Shown in pieces: positions 49,401 through 60,951 of a stretch of 64,000 nt of DNA. The translations under genes and the position numbers were made by a program. Position 1 is the stretch's first letter. Each line of letters opens with the position of its first letter. A model generated the notes under the pieces. That model worked only from the letters and a program-made list of their open reading frames with translations. It made no database searches and had not been told where the DNA came from. Source of the stretch: Amphiscolops sp. MND2022 (taxonomy: Eukaryota). Where the stretch lies: contig OZ076409.1 of the NCBI GenBank assembly GCA_964187785.1, positions 60,204,001 through 60,268,000 on the forward strand, given 5' to 3'.

Positions 49401-52400
49401 ACGGAAGTTTCAAAGAAGATTCGATGCAAGTGACAATAAATATCGAGGATGTGAACGAATTTCCACCCCAGATAGAAACCCTGTACCTTGACCCGGGCAA
49501 GGAGGGGGCATTTCCGGAGGACTCACAGGTGGACAAACCTTTCGTGAGGGTCACTTTAGTTGACCCCGATGACACGACAACTCCAGCGACTCTAACGCTT
49601 GAGGACAATTCAGGGATCTTGTTATATTGATACTGCTCTCCAGCAAATCTCCAAGAAACAAATAAATCGCTGATTAAAAATAGTTCCTTGAAAATGAAGT
49701 CTCCTGTGTAAAGTATACTNNNNNNNNNNNNNNNNNNNNNNNNNNNNNNNNNNNNNNNNNNNNNNNNNNNNNNNNNNNNNNNNNNNNNNNNNNNNNNNNN
49801 NNNNNNNNNNNNNNNNNNNNNNNNNNNNNNNNNNNNNNNNNNNNNNNNNNNNNNNNNNNNNNNNNNNNNNNNNNNNNNNNNNNNNNNNNNNNNNNNNNNN
49901 NNNNNNNNNNNNNNNNNNNTCAAAATCGACTGAATAGTCCTCTGGAAAACGGTAAACTTGAAAAACCCCATCAGTCTCAGAAACAGTGATTAAAAAGTGT
50001 TTAGCTTGGCCCTCTTCAAAAACCGTTGGCGGTATCAGGTTCGAATCTCTGTCAACTCACCGTTGCTGCGCCTTAAGCAAGTCCTTCATCCCTAGCTTAG
50101 TGGTATGGCCATGACAAACAAATAATGCACTAAGCGGAGAAAACAAAAACAAAAACAAAAAAGAACAACGGCGAGCAACCAGACCTTTGCCACCTTGAAC
50201 AAGTCACTTTGAAATCACAGCTTCACGTCGACCATTTCTTGATCATTTGGCTGCAAACATGGTACCATAGCTTGCTGTGGGGAGATAGTATCCGGAAAAG
50301 GGCGCCGGCTTAGAAAAGCAGAACTGCTTATCGGCGTCCAACCTGCAGTAATGGGGAAATCAACTTTTTCTTTTTATCAAATAGCTTCATTTTTCAGGTC
50401 GAGACTAGCCTACATGTTTGTCCAGCTGCCAAGATGAGCTATGCCCTGGAAACATCTGACCTGAGTCCAGCAGAGGTCAACTGGTTCCATGTAGAGGCAG
50501 ACAGTGGGGCCATTTGCACCAAAAGTGACCTTGATTTCGAGGTCACGGCTAACCAGGGCAGTGTAATGATGAACGTGGTCGCATTCAGTCACTTGTACCG
50601 AGTGCAGAATTCTTCGGCTACAATTCATGTACAGATTGAGGATGTTAATGAACACAGGTAAGAATTACAGACTTGTGTATTTTTTTGTTAATCTCACGAG
50701 GAAGAAATAGCGTAGAAATTATACTAATTAACCCTGCGTTGACATTTTGATAACCTCGCCAAAACGTTCGAAGAAGTCCAAAACTGGCCAAAGTACACAA
50801 TTTTTTTTCCGAAAAGATTTTTCAAAAACCCTAACAAGGTATCCAAGATGTCAAAGTCTGGGAACAAAAAACACGTTCGTATTAGATACAAAAAATAGAT
50901 ACAAGAATTTTCACAGAGTATAAATAGATACAAAAGTTTAAACGATTTTAAATTCATCAGTTATTCAGTTAAAAACCTGTTTAAAAAATACACGCCAAAC
51001 AGCTTTAGAACCTTGAAATGTAGTTTGTTTAGACGATTATGAAATCGAATGTGAACTCAAAAACTTTACGAATTTTCTTACAGTTATGAAAGTTTTACAT
51101 CAAGTACATTAATGGTAACTTGTATCACTTAATTGCTGTTATATTGTTATAAGGCCATTAGATGTGAACAATGAACAACGTTCACCGGAATTAGAGAAGT
51201 TTCAAGAGATAGGATAATACATGCAATTTTTACAGACTGAATTTGATTGACATTGAGATTCTGCAAGAAATTTCTGAAAATTAATTCATCAAATGATCTT
51301 GTTAGTTGTTTTAAGTGTACTCTGGTATGCCATGTGAAAAATGAAAACTTGTTTTCAACTAATAATCAGTCTCAATTATCGGTTTGACAGGTTTTTATTA
51401 ATACAGAAAATGTTGCTTCAATTCTTGCTTCAAGGTTATAACTGGTATGATTAAAAAAAAACAAAAATCATCTTTAGCATTGATATGAGAAAACATTGCA
51501 TCTATTTGAAAACAGGTGAAACAAATCTATTACAGTAGATGATCGTAATCGGTATGCTTCGTGAATTTAGGAATGAACTTGAAGTATGTAGAGTATTTAG
51601 TCGGCGCTTCATGAAGTGAAACGCGACTATTATAGTGAATTATATTATATTCACTATATATACTATTATACTATTATATATACTATTATATATACTATTA
51701 TATTCTACGGAAATTTATGGTGTCAAATTGAACCATTTGGCCTAGCGAACTGAACCAAAAAGGTTTTTCCTCTTTTCCGCGTAACATACAGACTGGGCGA
51801 AACTAAAGGGTCCCCTTCAATTTTTTTGATGTTTGGCGACAGAATGTATGTTGAAAAATATGAAAGGGTCCCCCATTTTAGTTTTTTCCCCAGTGTGAGA
51901 CTTTTTTTGAAAAATTCCCCAGATGGCCCCCTTCAATTTTTTGATGTTTGGCAACAATGGATTTAGAAAATCCGAAATGGTCCCCCCTTTCAGTTTTTTT
52001 GGCATTGTGGGACTTCTTTCGAATTTTTTTTCCTCGAAGGGCCCCCTTCAATTTTTTTGATGTTTGGCGACAGAATGGATGTTGAAAAATCCCAAAGGGT
52101 CCCGCCACTTTATTTAGCTTTTTTTCGACATTGTGAAACTTTTTTTGAAAAAAAATTGGGCTCCAACGTTTGGGCTTTTCAGGTACGGTAAACGAGAATA
52201 CTTGGCACTTTGATATCCTTTTGCTATTTTTGAGCCTTAGATATGGCGCCGACTTATGCCGTTCCCGGCTTGTTTTCGTCACTTTGATCTCGTACTGAAA
52301 AACAACTATAAATAGATTGATTCATGGGGACGCATTTTTTTTTCGATTTCACTTCATTTTTAGTCGGCACGTTTTCCTTTTAAGGAAAAAAGCCCGATTA

Positions 52401-55400
52401 ATACAGAGGCAAGTTTTTTTCGTCAGATAACAGAATGTATGTGTAGTGACACTTTGTACAGAACTACTAAACTACTGGACCGACAACCGGAAACGCACCC
52501 AAGTTAGTGCAAAGGGTCCCCCTTACATTTACACCATTTTAACGTAAGATACAAAACCGGACGAGACTATAGGGTACCCTTTAAATTTTTTCGGCACTGC
52601 ATTTTTTCGAAACTTGTTTTGTCTCCAAAGGGTCCCCCTTCAAGTTTTTGATATTTTGCAGCAACCTGAAGTTTGAAAAAGCCCAGAGGGTTTCCCCTCT
52701 GACGTTTTTTGCACTATGTTTCAATATTCTCATTTTTTTCCAAAAGTTTTTAATGTTTTTAAAGAGTCCCCCATCAATTTTCTTGACATCTTGCAACAAG
52801 CTGGATTTTCAAAAAACCAGAAGGGTCCCCTTTTACAATTTTAAAAACTTTGCGCTTTTTGATCCTTAGATATAGCACCGACTTTAGACGCTCCCGTCTT
52901 GTTGAAATTTAATGGAGCCAAAGTAGCACCAAAATTATTTTTCGGCAAGTTTACAAATCGTTTTGCTCGATTCTCTTCCGATACAACTTTGAACGTTTTT
53001 AGTCGGTGCTTCATGAAGTGAAACGAGACTATACAAGGGACTCTTTTTTCAATCCACACGAAATGACAAAACTAGTTCGACAAACTCTACGAAATTTTAT
53101 GGTGTCAAATCGAACCATTTGGCACAAGGAACTAAATATGAAAGTTGTAACACACAATACAGGGCGAGACTGAAGGGTCCCTTTTCAGTTTTTCGGCATT
53201 GGGAGACTTTTTTCCGAAAAAAAATCCCCAAAGGGTCCGCCCTTCAATTTTTGATATTTCGCGACAGAAATGTTGACGCAGACCCCGGTGCGCCGATTCG
53301 GTCCAACTTTTGGGTTTTTCTACTACTGTAAAAGAGAATACTTGACACTTTGATGTCTTTTTGCTATTTTTGAACCTTAGATATGGCGCTGACTTGTGCT
53401 CTACTGCGGCTTGTTTTTATTACACTTCCAAGGACTGGAAAAACTCAATATTTCTAATCATGGAGTATGATTTCTGTCGTACTCTGATCGCTTCTTCCAT
53501 AAATGATGCAACGGTCCCGTGATACTGTTCTCACCTTCAAATATGCTGCTCCACGTCAAAATTGGAGACCTCTGGGCCAGTAAAGTTCAACATCAGGTGT
53601 GCAGATGTAATTAATCCGAGAGTATTTAACCGGAATATTTATTATTCATTCACAGGAAGTGGTTTGAGTACTGCTACAGTTAAGAAGCAGTTTCATACAT
53701 CGTTGTTATGTAGCAGACTTTGTTTTGACTCCAATCTTGAATTCCTGGGATGCTCTTGTTGCCTTGTCTGGTAAGCAACGATTCGTCAAAACAACAATTC
53801 CCTCCTATCAAAAAATTTCGGAAAAAAGTCGCACAATGCCAAAAAATAGTCAAACCAAACCTTCTGAGTTGAAAGAAATAGAAAATGAGGATCTTTCTGC
53901 TTTAGATTTTTTTTCACGTTAGAGGCTTCGGATGCATTGAAAATCGACTGAGTACTTATCGTAAAAGTGCACCGTGCACAAAATGTAGACCATTCAGTGT
54001 GAGACTGACCTAAAACTAGTCACAATAAAAGTCGGGCACTTTTCCTCAAGTGAAAGGCGCTGACTACATATAGTACAGAAATTCGCCCTTAAAGAATACA
54101 CTAGTTCCTAAATTTATATCCGAATGAGTTACATTCGAATTTTAAATGTTACGTTCGAATTATCTGATATATCGGAGAATATAATTTGAAAGTAAATTTC
54201 GGGCTTCATGCAATTTTCTAACCCATTACTAGCTGTCTAGCAAAGGATGAAAGCACCTAATACAGTAAAAAAAACCCTTCAGCGAAACAATAAAATTTCA
54301 GACTGAAATCTTTTCGAGCAATCTCAAAAAGTCACGTTCATAATCTGCACTTTATACTATTTATACTAAAGTCTAGAAAAAAATTATGACGTCATTCAAA
54401 CGCCAGTTTCATCGTCTTTATCACTTTTCCTGTTTTGGAACAATATTGAACTTCCGCACTTGCCACAAGTCCGGAAAAATTCCACAAAGTGTCAGAAATT
54501 GTTGAAACGTCAGCTTCGCTCTTTTCCAGTTTATATTTCATTCGATCAAATATCTGTTAAGATTTAAAAATCTCCACGTCGTCAACTGTGATCTCCGTTT
54601 TTGTTCGCAGACCAGTGATGGACGAGAGTGAGTATGAACAGAATGTGCAATACGCTACCCTGGTTGACACTGAGGTGGCTGCAGTCACTGCGTCCGACGC
54701 AGACTCGGGGGGTGTGTTTGGAGAGATCAGGTACTTCGTCACGGAAGACACTTCAAACGGATTGTTCACACTTGACCCGACCACCGGTAAATATGGTTTC
54801 ACGCAACAATATGATTTAATTCCCTTACTTTAAAAAATCATGTTGGTGAAATTTTAAGCTGTTCGAATCGTTAGGAGTCAGTTGAAATCATCTTTTCTCT
54901 GAACCTTTTTTAAACCCTCGATTTTTTAAAACCTTCAATTGAATGTGTTTTCATGGGTTAACGCATGAAAACACATTCAATTGAAGGTTTAAAGGTTTTT
55001 AGAATTCTCTCAAAAAGCATAAATATTTTTCTATCATTGAAATGTGATAATTATGTCAACTTATTCCTGAATTTGACCATTCAAATTCCGAATTTAAGGA
55101 TGGATTTGTGCACTCTGAAGTTTGAACGAAGTCTATTTTTCAACACTTTCTGGAATAAGGTTTTCCGGATTTCACGCGGAATGACCTTTCCCTGCATCTC
55201 TGTGTGAGGAATCAAGTATATCCATTTCAAACTTCCGTGTAGTTTTTTATTTTCCGTCCATATTTCATATGGAAAAGGAAAATATTTAAATCAAACGGGT
55301 TTTTTTACAAAATTTGCCAAGAATTTATTTATATAAAAGCTAAAGGGTTTCACCCATATTTTTCACCCAATTCAGCTGATGTAAAATTAGCATCATGCGG

Positions 55401-58003
55401 TGTGTATTTGTGGAGATTTTTTCGGACTTTTACAGTTTTTATGCAATTTTAGTCAAATTTTCGAAAGATTTCCTGCCTTTGAATGTTGAAAGAGTAAATT
55501 TCGTTATCCAAGTGGTTTTTTCAAAGAAATAAATGCAACTTTATAAAGAAAAAGTTCCTCAAATTGCGATCGAAATTGAAAAAACTTCCAAAAAGTTCGG
55601 ATTATTACCGTTTTTATGCAATTTTTGTCAAATTTTTGACACACATGCTAGCTTAGAAAGTTAAAAACATTCAAGAAGGAAAGATTTTGTTGTCCAAGAG
55701 GCGTCGTGGAAGTTATAAATGCAATTTGATTTGTAAAAATGCCTCAAATTCAAACCGAAAATGACAAAAATTCCAAAAAATTCAGATTTTTGAAAATTTC
55801 ATGCAATTTTTGACTATTTTTCGAATGACTTGGTGGCTTAGAATGTCAAAGACGTTCAAAAAGGCAACAATTTGTTGTCCGGGGGCTTTTTTGAAGAGGT
55901 AAAAGAACTATGTTTTGGAAAAAGGCATCAAATTAAGACCGGAATTGACAAAAATTCCGAAAAATTTAAGTTTTTGAAAATTTTATGACGATTTTGTGTA
56001 CTTTTCGAAAAACTTGGTGGCTTAGAAAAATACAGACACTCAACAAGGAATAAATTCGTTGCCAGAGAGGCTTTTGTTAAAAAGTGACAAATTTTTACTG
56101 AAAAAAAACGCACAATTTGCTACCAAAAATGACGAAAACTTCAAAATGTACTAATTTTTCACCTTTTTATGCAACTTTTGTCAAGTTTCTATAGATTCCC
56201 TGAATCAAAACGTTGAATACGATCAACAGCGATTGATTTTATTGTTCAATATGGTTGTTTGGGGAGATAAATGCAGTTTTGCAGAAAAAATTGCAACAAG
56301 GACCACGAAATAGTCAACAAGTCTTACTTTGTTTTACATTTTGGTATTTTCCAACGCAACTTTTGTAAAAACTTCGTTTTTTTCATGGATTAAAGCTCTG
56401 AAACGGTTCAACAACAACTGAAGGCGTTCTCCTGTAGGCTTTTTGATGAAATATGTGCCAATTTCTGAACGAAAATTCAGCTTTAATTTGACACAAAAAT
56501 TGTCGAAAAGTCCTAAAAATTTCAGTTTATGTAGGTTCTTCATGTTATTTGAGTATCATTTTTGAGGAAATTGGTAAATTAGATGGTTGAAAACAAACCG
56601 AGGTGATAAAATCAGGTATGTAGTTTCCTTTCTGATGAGAAAATTACAGTGTTTCACATCAGAAATTTTTCAAGTTGGTCGTTTTTCCAACAGTTTGTGT
56701 TCAATTTTTGAAAGTTTCTGTGACCAAGAATGTTCAAAACAATCAAACACGATGAAACTAGCTATGCAGTATGCTATTTTGAAGAGAGCTGCAGTATTTA
56801 GCTTCAAAAGTGGTCCTGATTAGTCCGATACAAAAAGTCTAAATTCAACGTTTCTAAAGCAAAGTTCCGAATTTTTTGAGGAGTTTCCATCGTTGGAAGA
56901 AAAAAAACCCTCAGAAGCGAACGAATGCGTTGTTCAGTAGGTTTTTTGCAGGTGAATTGCAGTTTCACGTTAGAAAAGAACCTCAAAATGACCCCAAAAT
57001 AGTCGAAAAAAGTTTTGGCAGTTGTTTGACAATTTAGTGAATTTCTATTGAAAGTTACCAAAATTTCGTAAAATTGTAAAAGTCTAAATTTAATTTAGGT
57101 AGGCATGCAGAATGTCCAAAAAAGAAATCTACAATTGTGTATGCAAAAAGTTCGTCAGAATGATTTGAACTTTAGCGGAAATCCGTTTTTTGTTTTTGAA
57201 ATGTTGATATACTTTTATGTAAACGTTTCGAGCGATTTTGCAATTCAAGAATGAGTGGACCCGTTATCCAAAAAGCGTTTTGAAAAGACATCTACAGTTT
57301 TTTTAAAACTTCCTCAAATGACCGCAAAGTTGTCGAAAAACAAAAATCTACAATTTTTGACATTTTTGGCTACTTCACGCAAATTTAAAAAAAATGATTG
57401 GTACGGTTACACACAATCTGACGAAAAAACAAATAGGTGTTTGGTGTCTTCTTAAAGTGTTTCCTTCTGAAATGGCATAACATTATTCAAAAAGTCTCAA
57501 ACCTTTTTCCATCAAACCTCTAAGCGTTTCCATAGTGTAATGACTACTCTTGTCTCAAAAATATGTCATTGCTTGAACAGTTTGGACGGAAAATATCCTG
57601 CTGGTCAGCGGGCGTCTTGTTTATTTGGTAATCAAAACTTCATCTGGAAATCCGACTTTACTCAATGTTTTAGATGCACCATCGGAGAACCATCGATGAT
57701 TGAAATATGATCCTGACCGTTTTTTTCATGTTTGTTTTTATGTTGCAGGAATAATTCGTCTTGCTAAACCGTTTCCTCGGCCGGAACTTCTTCCAGCGGA
57801 CATGATTTACGTCATAGTAGTGGAAGCCAGAGACGGAGGTGACTTAAGGTCAGATGAGTCATCAAGAGTGAGTCTGACAGTCACCGGAGTGGGTATAGAA
57901 CCACCTGTGTTTGATGAGCCCCTCTATTCTTTCTCAATTCCCGAGGGGCCGCAATCGGTCGGGGAGGAGATTGGCTCAATCAAGGCCACTTACAATCCTG
58001 GGA
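42709..58003 (+). CDS. DCHS: Dachsous-like protocadherin, 5' part (signal peptide and roughly EC1-EC8); incomplete, continues beyond the window
   Basis: Exons: 42709-43438, 46720-46935, 49311-49620, [gap], 50398-50657, 54611-54786, 57749-58003; phases consistent. Cadherin Ca-binding motifs LDRE, DVNDNEP, DLNDNGP, ATDADRGENA. Dachsous-like stretches: ETLYL...RVTLVDPDD, F-x-VEADSGAICT...LD, ARDGGDLRSDESSRVSLTV...PPVFDEPLYSFSIPE...IKATYNPG (cf. DCHS1 AEDGGGLQAEPSARVDISI...PPIFEQLQYVFSVPE, from memory). Confidence 0.85.
44651..45503. mobile_element. Non-autonomous CMC/EnSpm-like transposon
   Basis: TIRs CCTGTACTGACA / TGTCAGTACGGG, AA on both flanks (2-bp TSD), subterminal gtcct/aggac repeats. 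Confidence 0.6.
45971..46516. mobile_element. piggyBac-like MITE
   Basis: TTAA|CCCT...AGGG|TTAA termini; TIRs are short and imperfect. Confidence 0.55.
46720..46935 (+). CDS. DCHS: Dachsous exon (EC2/EC3)
   Basis: AYANITITIVDLNDNGPIF...VQATDADRGENAVIVYSI...FSINEETG. Confidence 0.92.
47440..48243 (+). mobile_element. HINE family B-like copy with a different interior (GC-rich block and tRNA-like head)
   Basis: ATTTTCCGC start; gcggaagatat...agcgggcgtcttgtt end. Confidence 0.55.
49311..49620 (+). CDS. DCHS: Dachsous exon (EC3/EC4)
   Basis: GDIYVNDVLDREAY...IEDVNEFPP...VDPDD; donor inferred at GTTATA 49621. Confidence 0.88.
49720..49919. other. Assembly gap (200 N)
   Basis: Run of exactly 200 N. 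Confidence 1.
49985..50370 (+). mobile_element. CORE-like tRNA-derived SINE fragments (two)
   Basis: B box GGTTCGAATC; MIR/CORE-like text ccttaagcaagtc and ccttgaacaagtcactt; (AAAAAC)n tail at ~50140-50165. Confidence 0.55.
50398..50657 (+). CDS. DCHS: Dachsous exon (approximately EC6)
   Basis: WFHVEADSGAICTKSDLDFE...IHVQIEDVNEH; tttcag/GTAAGA. Confidence 0.9.
51596..53418 (+). mobile_element. Cluster of three head-to-tail HINE family A copies (51596-52276, 52357-52903, 52996-53418)
   Basis: Each begins TTTAGTCGG(C/T)(G/A)C and ends CC(G/T)GACTT-stem-loop-TTGTT. Internal aagggtcccc tandem units; a (tatactatta)n microsatellite in the first copy. Confidence 0.78.
54611..54786 (+). CDS. DCHS: Dachsous exon (approximately EC7)
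   Basis: PVMDESEY...VTASDADSGGVFGEIRY...GLFTLDPTTG. Confidence 0.9.
54929..54990. repeat. Near-perfect 62-bp palindrome
   Basis: 27-bp perfect arms aaaccttcaattgaatgtgttttcatg / catgaaaacacattcaattgaaggttt around ggttaacg. Confidence 0.9.
55249..57622 (+). mobile_element. HINE family B with a degenerate ~185-bp tandem array (Dachsous intron)
   Basis: subTIRs ATTTTCCGTCC / GGACGGAAAAT; same 5' block and cagcgggcgtcttgttt end as 24134-26997. Confidence 0.75.
57749..58003 (+). CDS. DCHS: Dachsous exon (approximately EC7/EC8)
   Basis: GIIRLAKP...EARDGGDLRS...PPVFDEPLYSFSIPE; donor GTAAGT at 58004. Confidence 0.9.
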
Positions 58004-58057
58004 GTAAGTTAGAAAAGCATGTCTGAAATATCAATGAATGAACATTATTAATAATAT

Positions 58058-59981
58058 TGTAGAAATTTTAGTTTTTGGCGTCTACAAAAAAATGCATTGC
58101 GTTTGCGCGAAGTACATATGACAAATTGAACTGTGTTAATCACGTTTTTAGACCGTCGGAAAAATGACAATAGCTAAAAAGGCTGACAATAACGTGCTTC
58201 GATATGGCTTATTTGGCAAACTAGACTTTTATAAAGTAAACGAAACTTAATAGGCGAAATTAACGAGCTAGCGAGATACGCCGATGACGAATTTGTCCGA
58301 ATTAACTAAGTTAGAATCGACCGCTTCGAGCAAAAATTACTAAGTTTTTATTTTGGGCAAAAACAAGAGGTATGTAAAAAAACACCACCCCCCCCCCCGT
58401 CCCGGCGAACTACTGAACCGATCCCGCTGAAATTTGGCACACGTATACCTGAGCTGTTATGCTACTTGTCCATAAAAAGGGAACCGAGCCGAGACCCCCC
58501 AGTCCCGGGCTATTAGCACCGGAAGTGACCTAGGTCGACCCCCCTATGATCTCGTCGGCCAATCACGGAATAAATCAGATTTTGTATGGAATTGATAGCC
58601 CATAGGATATTAGGCCGTTTGCGCATATTTTTGGAACCCTACGACGCGTGTAGGAGGAGCACGGACCCTAAGTAAATAAACCCCGAACGTCATGTAAATC
58701 GCCAACGGATGACCCAAAGATCATGAAACTTACCCAAGATGTTCACCTAGTAACCCTAAGTAATATACATGAAAGATACATTGATCGGCACACCACGCGC
58801 GGAGTAATGTTTGTTTAAGGCACGCGGGACCGGACGCGCGGGCCCGACCGATAAATGACATTTGACCTTGGCTTGTAATATATCAAACGAACCGGAATGA
58901 TGAATGTAGTCGATTTATAACGTGAATGAAACCGTATTTGTAACCCATGCGGGTTTAGCCGCCTTAAGTAAACAAACGATACGCATATCACGTAACTCGA
59001 AGACCATTGACCCTAGGACGATATAACTTGGCATGTAGCAACTTTAGATGAAGACAGATGACTTCAACGTCACCGATGGACCTCAAGGCCATTCTAGATG
59101 TCACCCCGGAGCAGATAGGAAAACGTACATTAAAACATGTAAATCAGCGTCTTTAAGCGATAATTTATGCATTTCAGTCAGGCGGATCGATTCGCGATGT
59201 ATTGTACCTAGGATGATGGAAAAGTAACCCTCATACGTAGAGAGCATGTAAACCATGTAACTGAAGGTCATTAAACGATTGGCTCGATATTGGAAATATC
59301 TTGGTTGACTTGAATTATTATTGAAATGTGAACTTTGTACAACCTTTGTTGAAGTATTTGTCGTGGGCGGCGAAGTATGTCTGGCCGAAACATAACTAGA
59401 GAGCTGCCATGCCATAAAAGGAATGGAACTACATGAAGTTAAAAGCATGCATATAAAAGAGCGACATCGGTACAACAAAAATGCGGCTGATGGATAAATA
59501 TCTCAGGGAGGGAAAAAGAGACCGAATTGACACAGAAGAACGATTACGAAGTTAAGAGTAAGTTGAGCCGTGTGCGGGCAAGAAACCTACTCGAGATCGA
59601 ATTTGACTTAACTGCTTTGTGAGAGCAGAGAATTAGTTACAAGTCCGGGACTTGGAAATCTTTTGAGTGAATCGTGATTCTGGCACAGTCTTGTCGAGTT
59701 ATTTTATATAATTCATTCACCTGCTGTGCTATTGTTATCTGATTGAGAGTTTATATACTGTGGAAATCTTCGACTTGTATTATCCAGATAATTCCTGAAT
59801 TAGAGTATTAATTGCAAGCAACTTTTCAATAGTGTTTTTGGAGTCGAAACTTGAGCACTGGAGAGACCTTGTGTAAAGAATACGCGATACGTGGACGAAA
59901 CTTACTCACTAAAAACTAAACCTTTCTGTTAGAATCGAGCCATTGGGATTTCTCTCCAACCCTCTAGCAAAAATTTCCACA
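58058..59981 (+). repeat. 5' LTR (~1.9 kb)
   Basis: Starts TGTAGAAATTTT and ends AAAATTTCCACA (11/12 inverted match), directly before the PBS. Colinear and homologous with the reverse complement of 38478-40319. Confidence 0.85.
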
Positions 59982-59982
59982 G

Positions 59983-60000
59983 TGGCGCTCCTGGGTGGGC
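59983..60000 (+). promoter_or_regulatory. Primer binding site, tRNA-Asn type
   Basis: TGGCGCTCCTGGGTGGGC, 1 nt after the LTR-terminal CA; complementary to a tRNA-Asn-like 3' end (...CCCACCCAGG(G/A)..CGCCA). Confidence 0.8.
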
Positions 60001-60183
60001 AATATTCGTAATTCTGTATCGCTGTTATTTTGGAATTGTTTTACTGGGACTGTAATCCCTTGACGACGCGATCAAAACAAGCACCATATCTGATGAGGTT
60101 GATCGACTGAGAACGTTTTCGTACAACAGAACAAAGAGGTATCTCTATTGCAACTAGTTGGTGCCTGAAGTAACGCCGTGGGT

Positions 60184-60951
60184 ATGGAAGACGAACAGCG
60201 ACTTGCAATAATGGAGGCTGTCGCCCAAGGGGTGATACAGGGCCTCAACGGGAATGAGAATCGGCTGTTTGGCAATGGAGCAATCAGACCTGACAGCTTC
60301 CCCTCGCAGAACTATCCAGATTGGTCCCAATGGAAAACGCACTTTTACAGAGTTGGCAGAGCCAACGGATGGACTGAGTTGCAAGGTCTGCAAGCTGTGC
60401 CTGTGTGCTTGATTGGGTACGCATTGGACGAGTACAACGCTGCGCCTCGAGAACTGAGAGAGCAAGTGGACGGGGAAGATGCACCTACGTTAGCTGCACT
60501 ATTCAATTACCTGGGTAGAGAAATGGGGATGATGCGAAATGACCGTCTGGGGAAAGCAGAATTTAGAAAACTTCGACAGCAACCGGAGGAAACCCTGAGG
60601 GACTTTGCCCGACGAGTGAGAAACATTGGAAAAATTGCCTACTCAGAGAAGGACCCCAACACGAGAGACGAGTTGTTCCGCGAGAAGTTCCTCGAGGGTT
60701 TGAGCGACGTACAACTGGAAGTGCAGCTGTTGAAAGAGAACCCACAAACATTTGGGGATCTAGTGAACAGGGCTGTTGACTTGGAAGTTATTGCTCGAAC
60801 AACACGTGGCCGTTCACGGAATGAACAAGAGAGGTACGAAGAGTTGGAAGGCAGCAAGACTCAAGTTGTGAGTTCCGTGGTTATTCACCCGAACCGTGGA
60901 AAGAAGGGATACACCAGATCACAAGAAGAATGGACCAGATGGCACAGATGA
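60184..60951 (+). CDS. gag: Retrotransposon Gag (capsid-like) ORF, N-terminal part
   Basis: ATG at 60184. PDSF...DWSQWKTHFYRVGRANGW...CLIGYALDEY and FRKLRQQPEETLRDFARRV...LFREKFLEGL are typical Ty3/gypsy capsid text. Confidence 0.85.
   Translation: MEDEQRLAIMEAVAQGVIQGLNGNENRLFGNGAIRPDSFPSQNYPDWSQWKTHFYRVGRANGWTELQGLQAVPVCLIGYALDEYNAAPRELREQVDGEDAPTLAALFNYLGREMGMMRNDRLGKAEFRKLRQQPEETLRDFARRVRNIGKIAYSEKDPNTRDELFREKFLEGLSDVQLEVQLLKENPQTFGDLVNRAVDLEVIARTTRGRSRNEQERYEELEGSKTQVVSSVVIHPNRGKKGYTRSQEEWTRWHR

Noticed and set aside
49348..49971. 207-aa minus-strand ORF
   Set aside because: Artefact of reading through the N gap, antisense to a cadherin exon.
58362..59135. Separate HINE-like insertion (starts AACAAG)
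   Set aside because: Most of the segment is present colinearly in the solo LTR, so it is part of the LTR.
59759..59981. Short 223-bp LTR starting at TGTGGAAATC
   Set aside because: Homology with the solo LTR extends colinearly back to 58058, so this is an internal motif.
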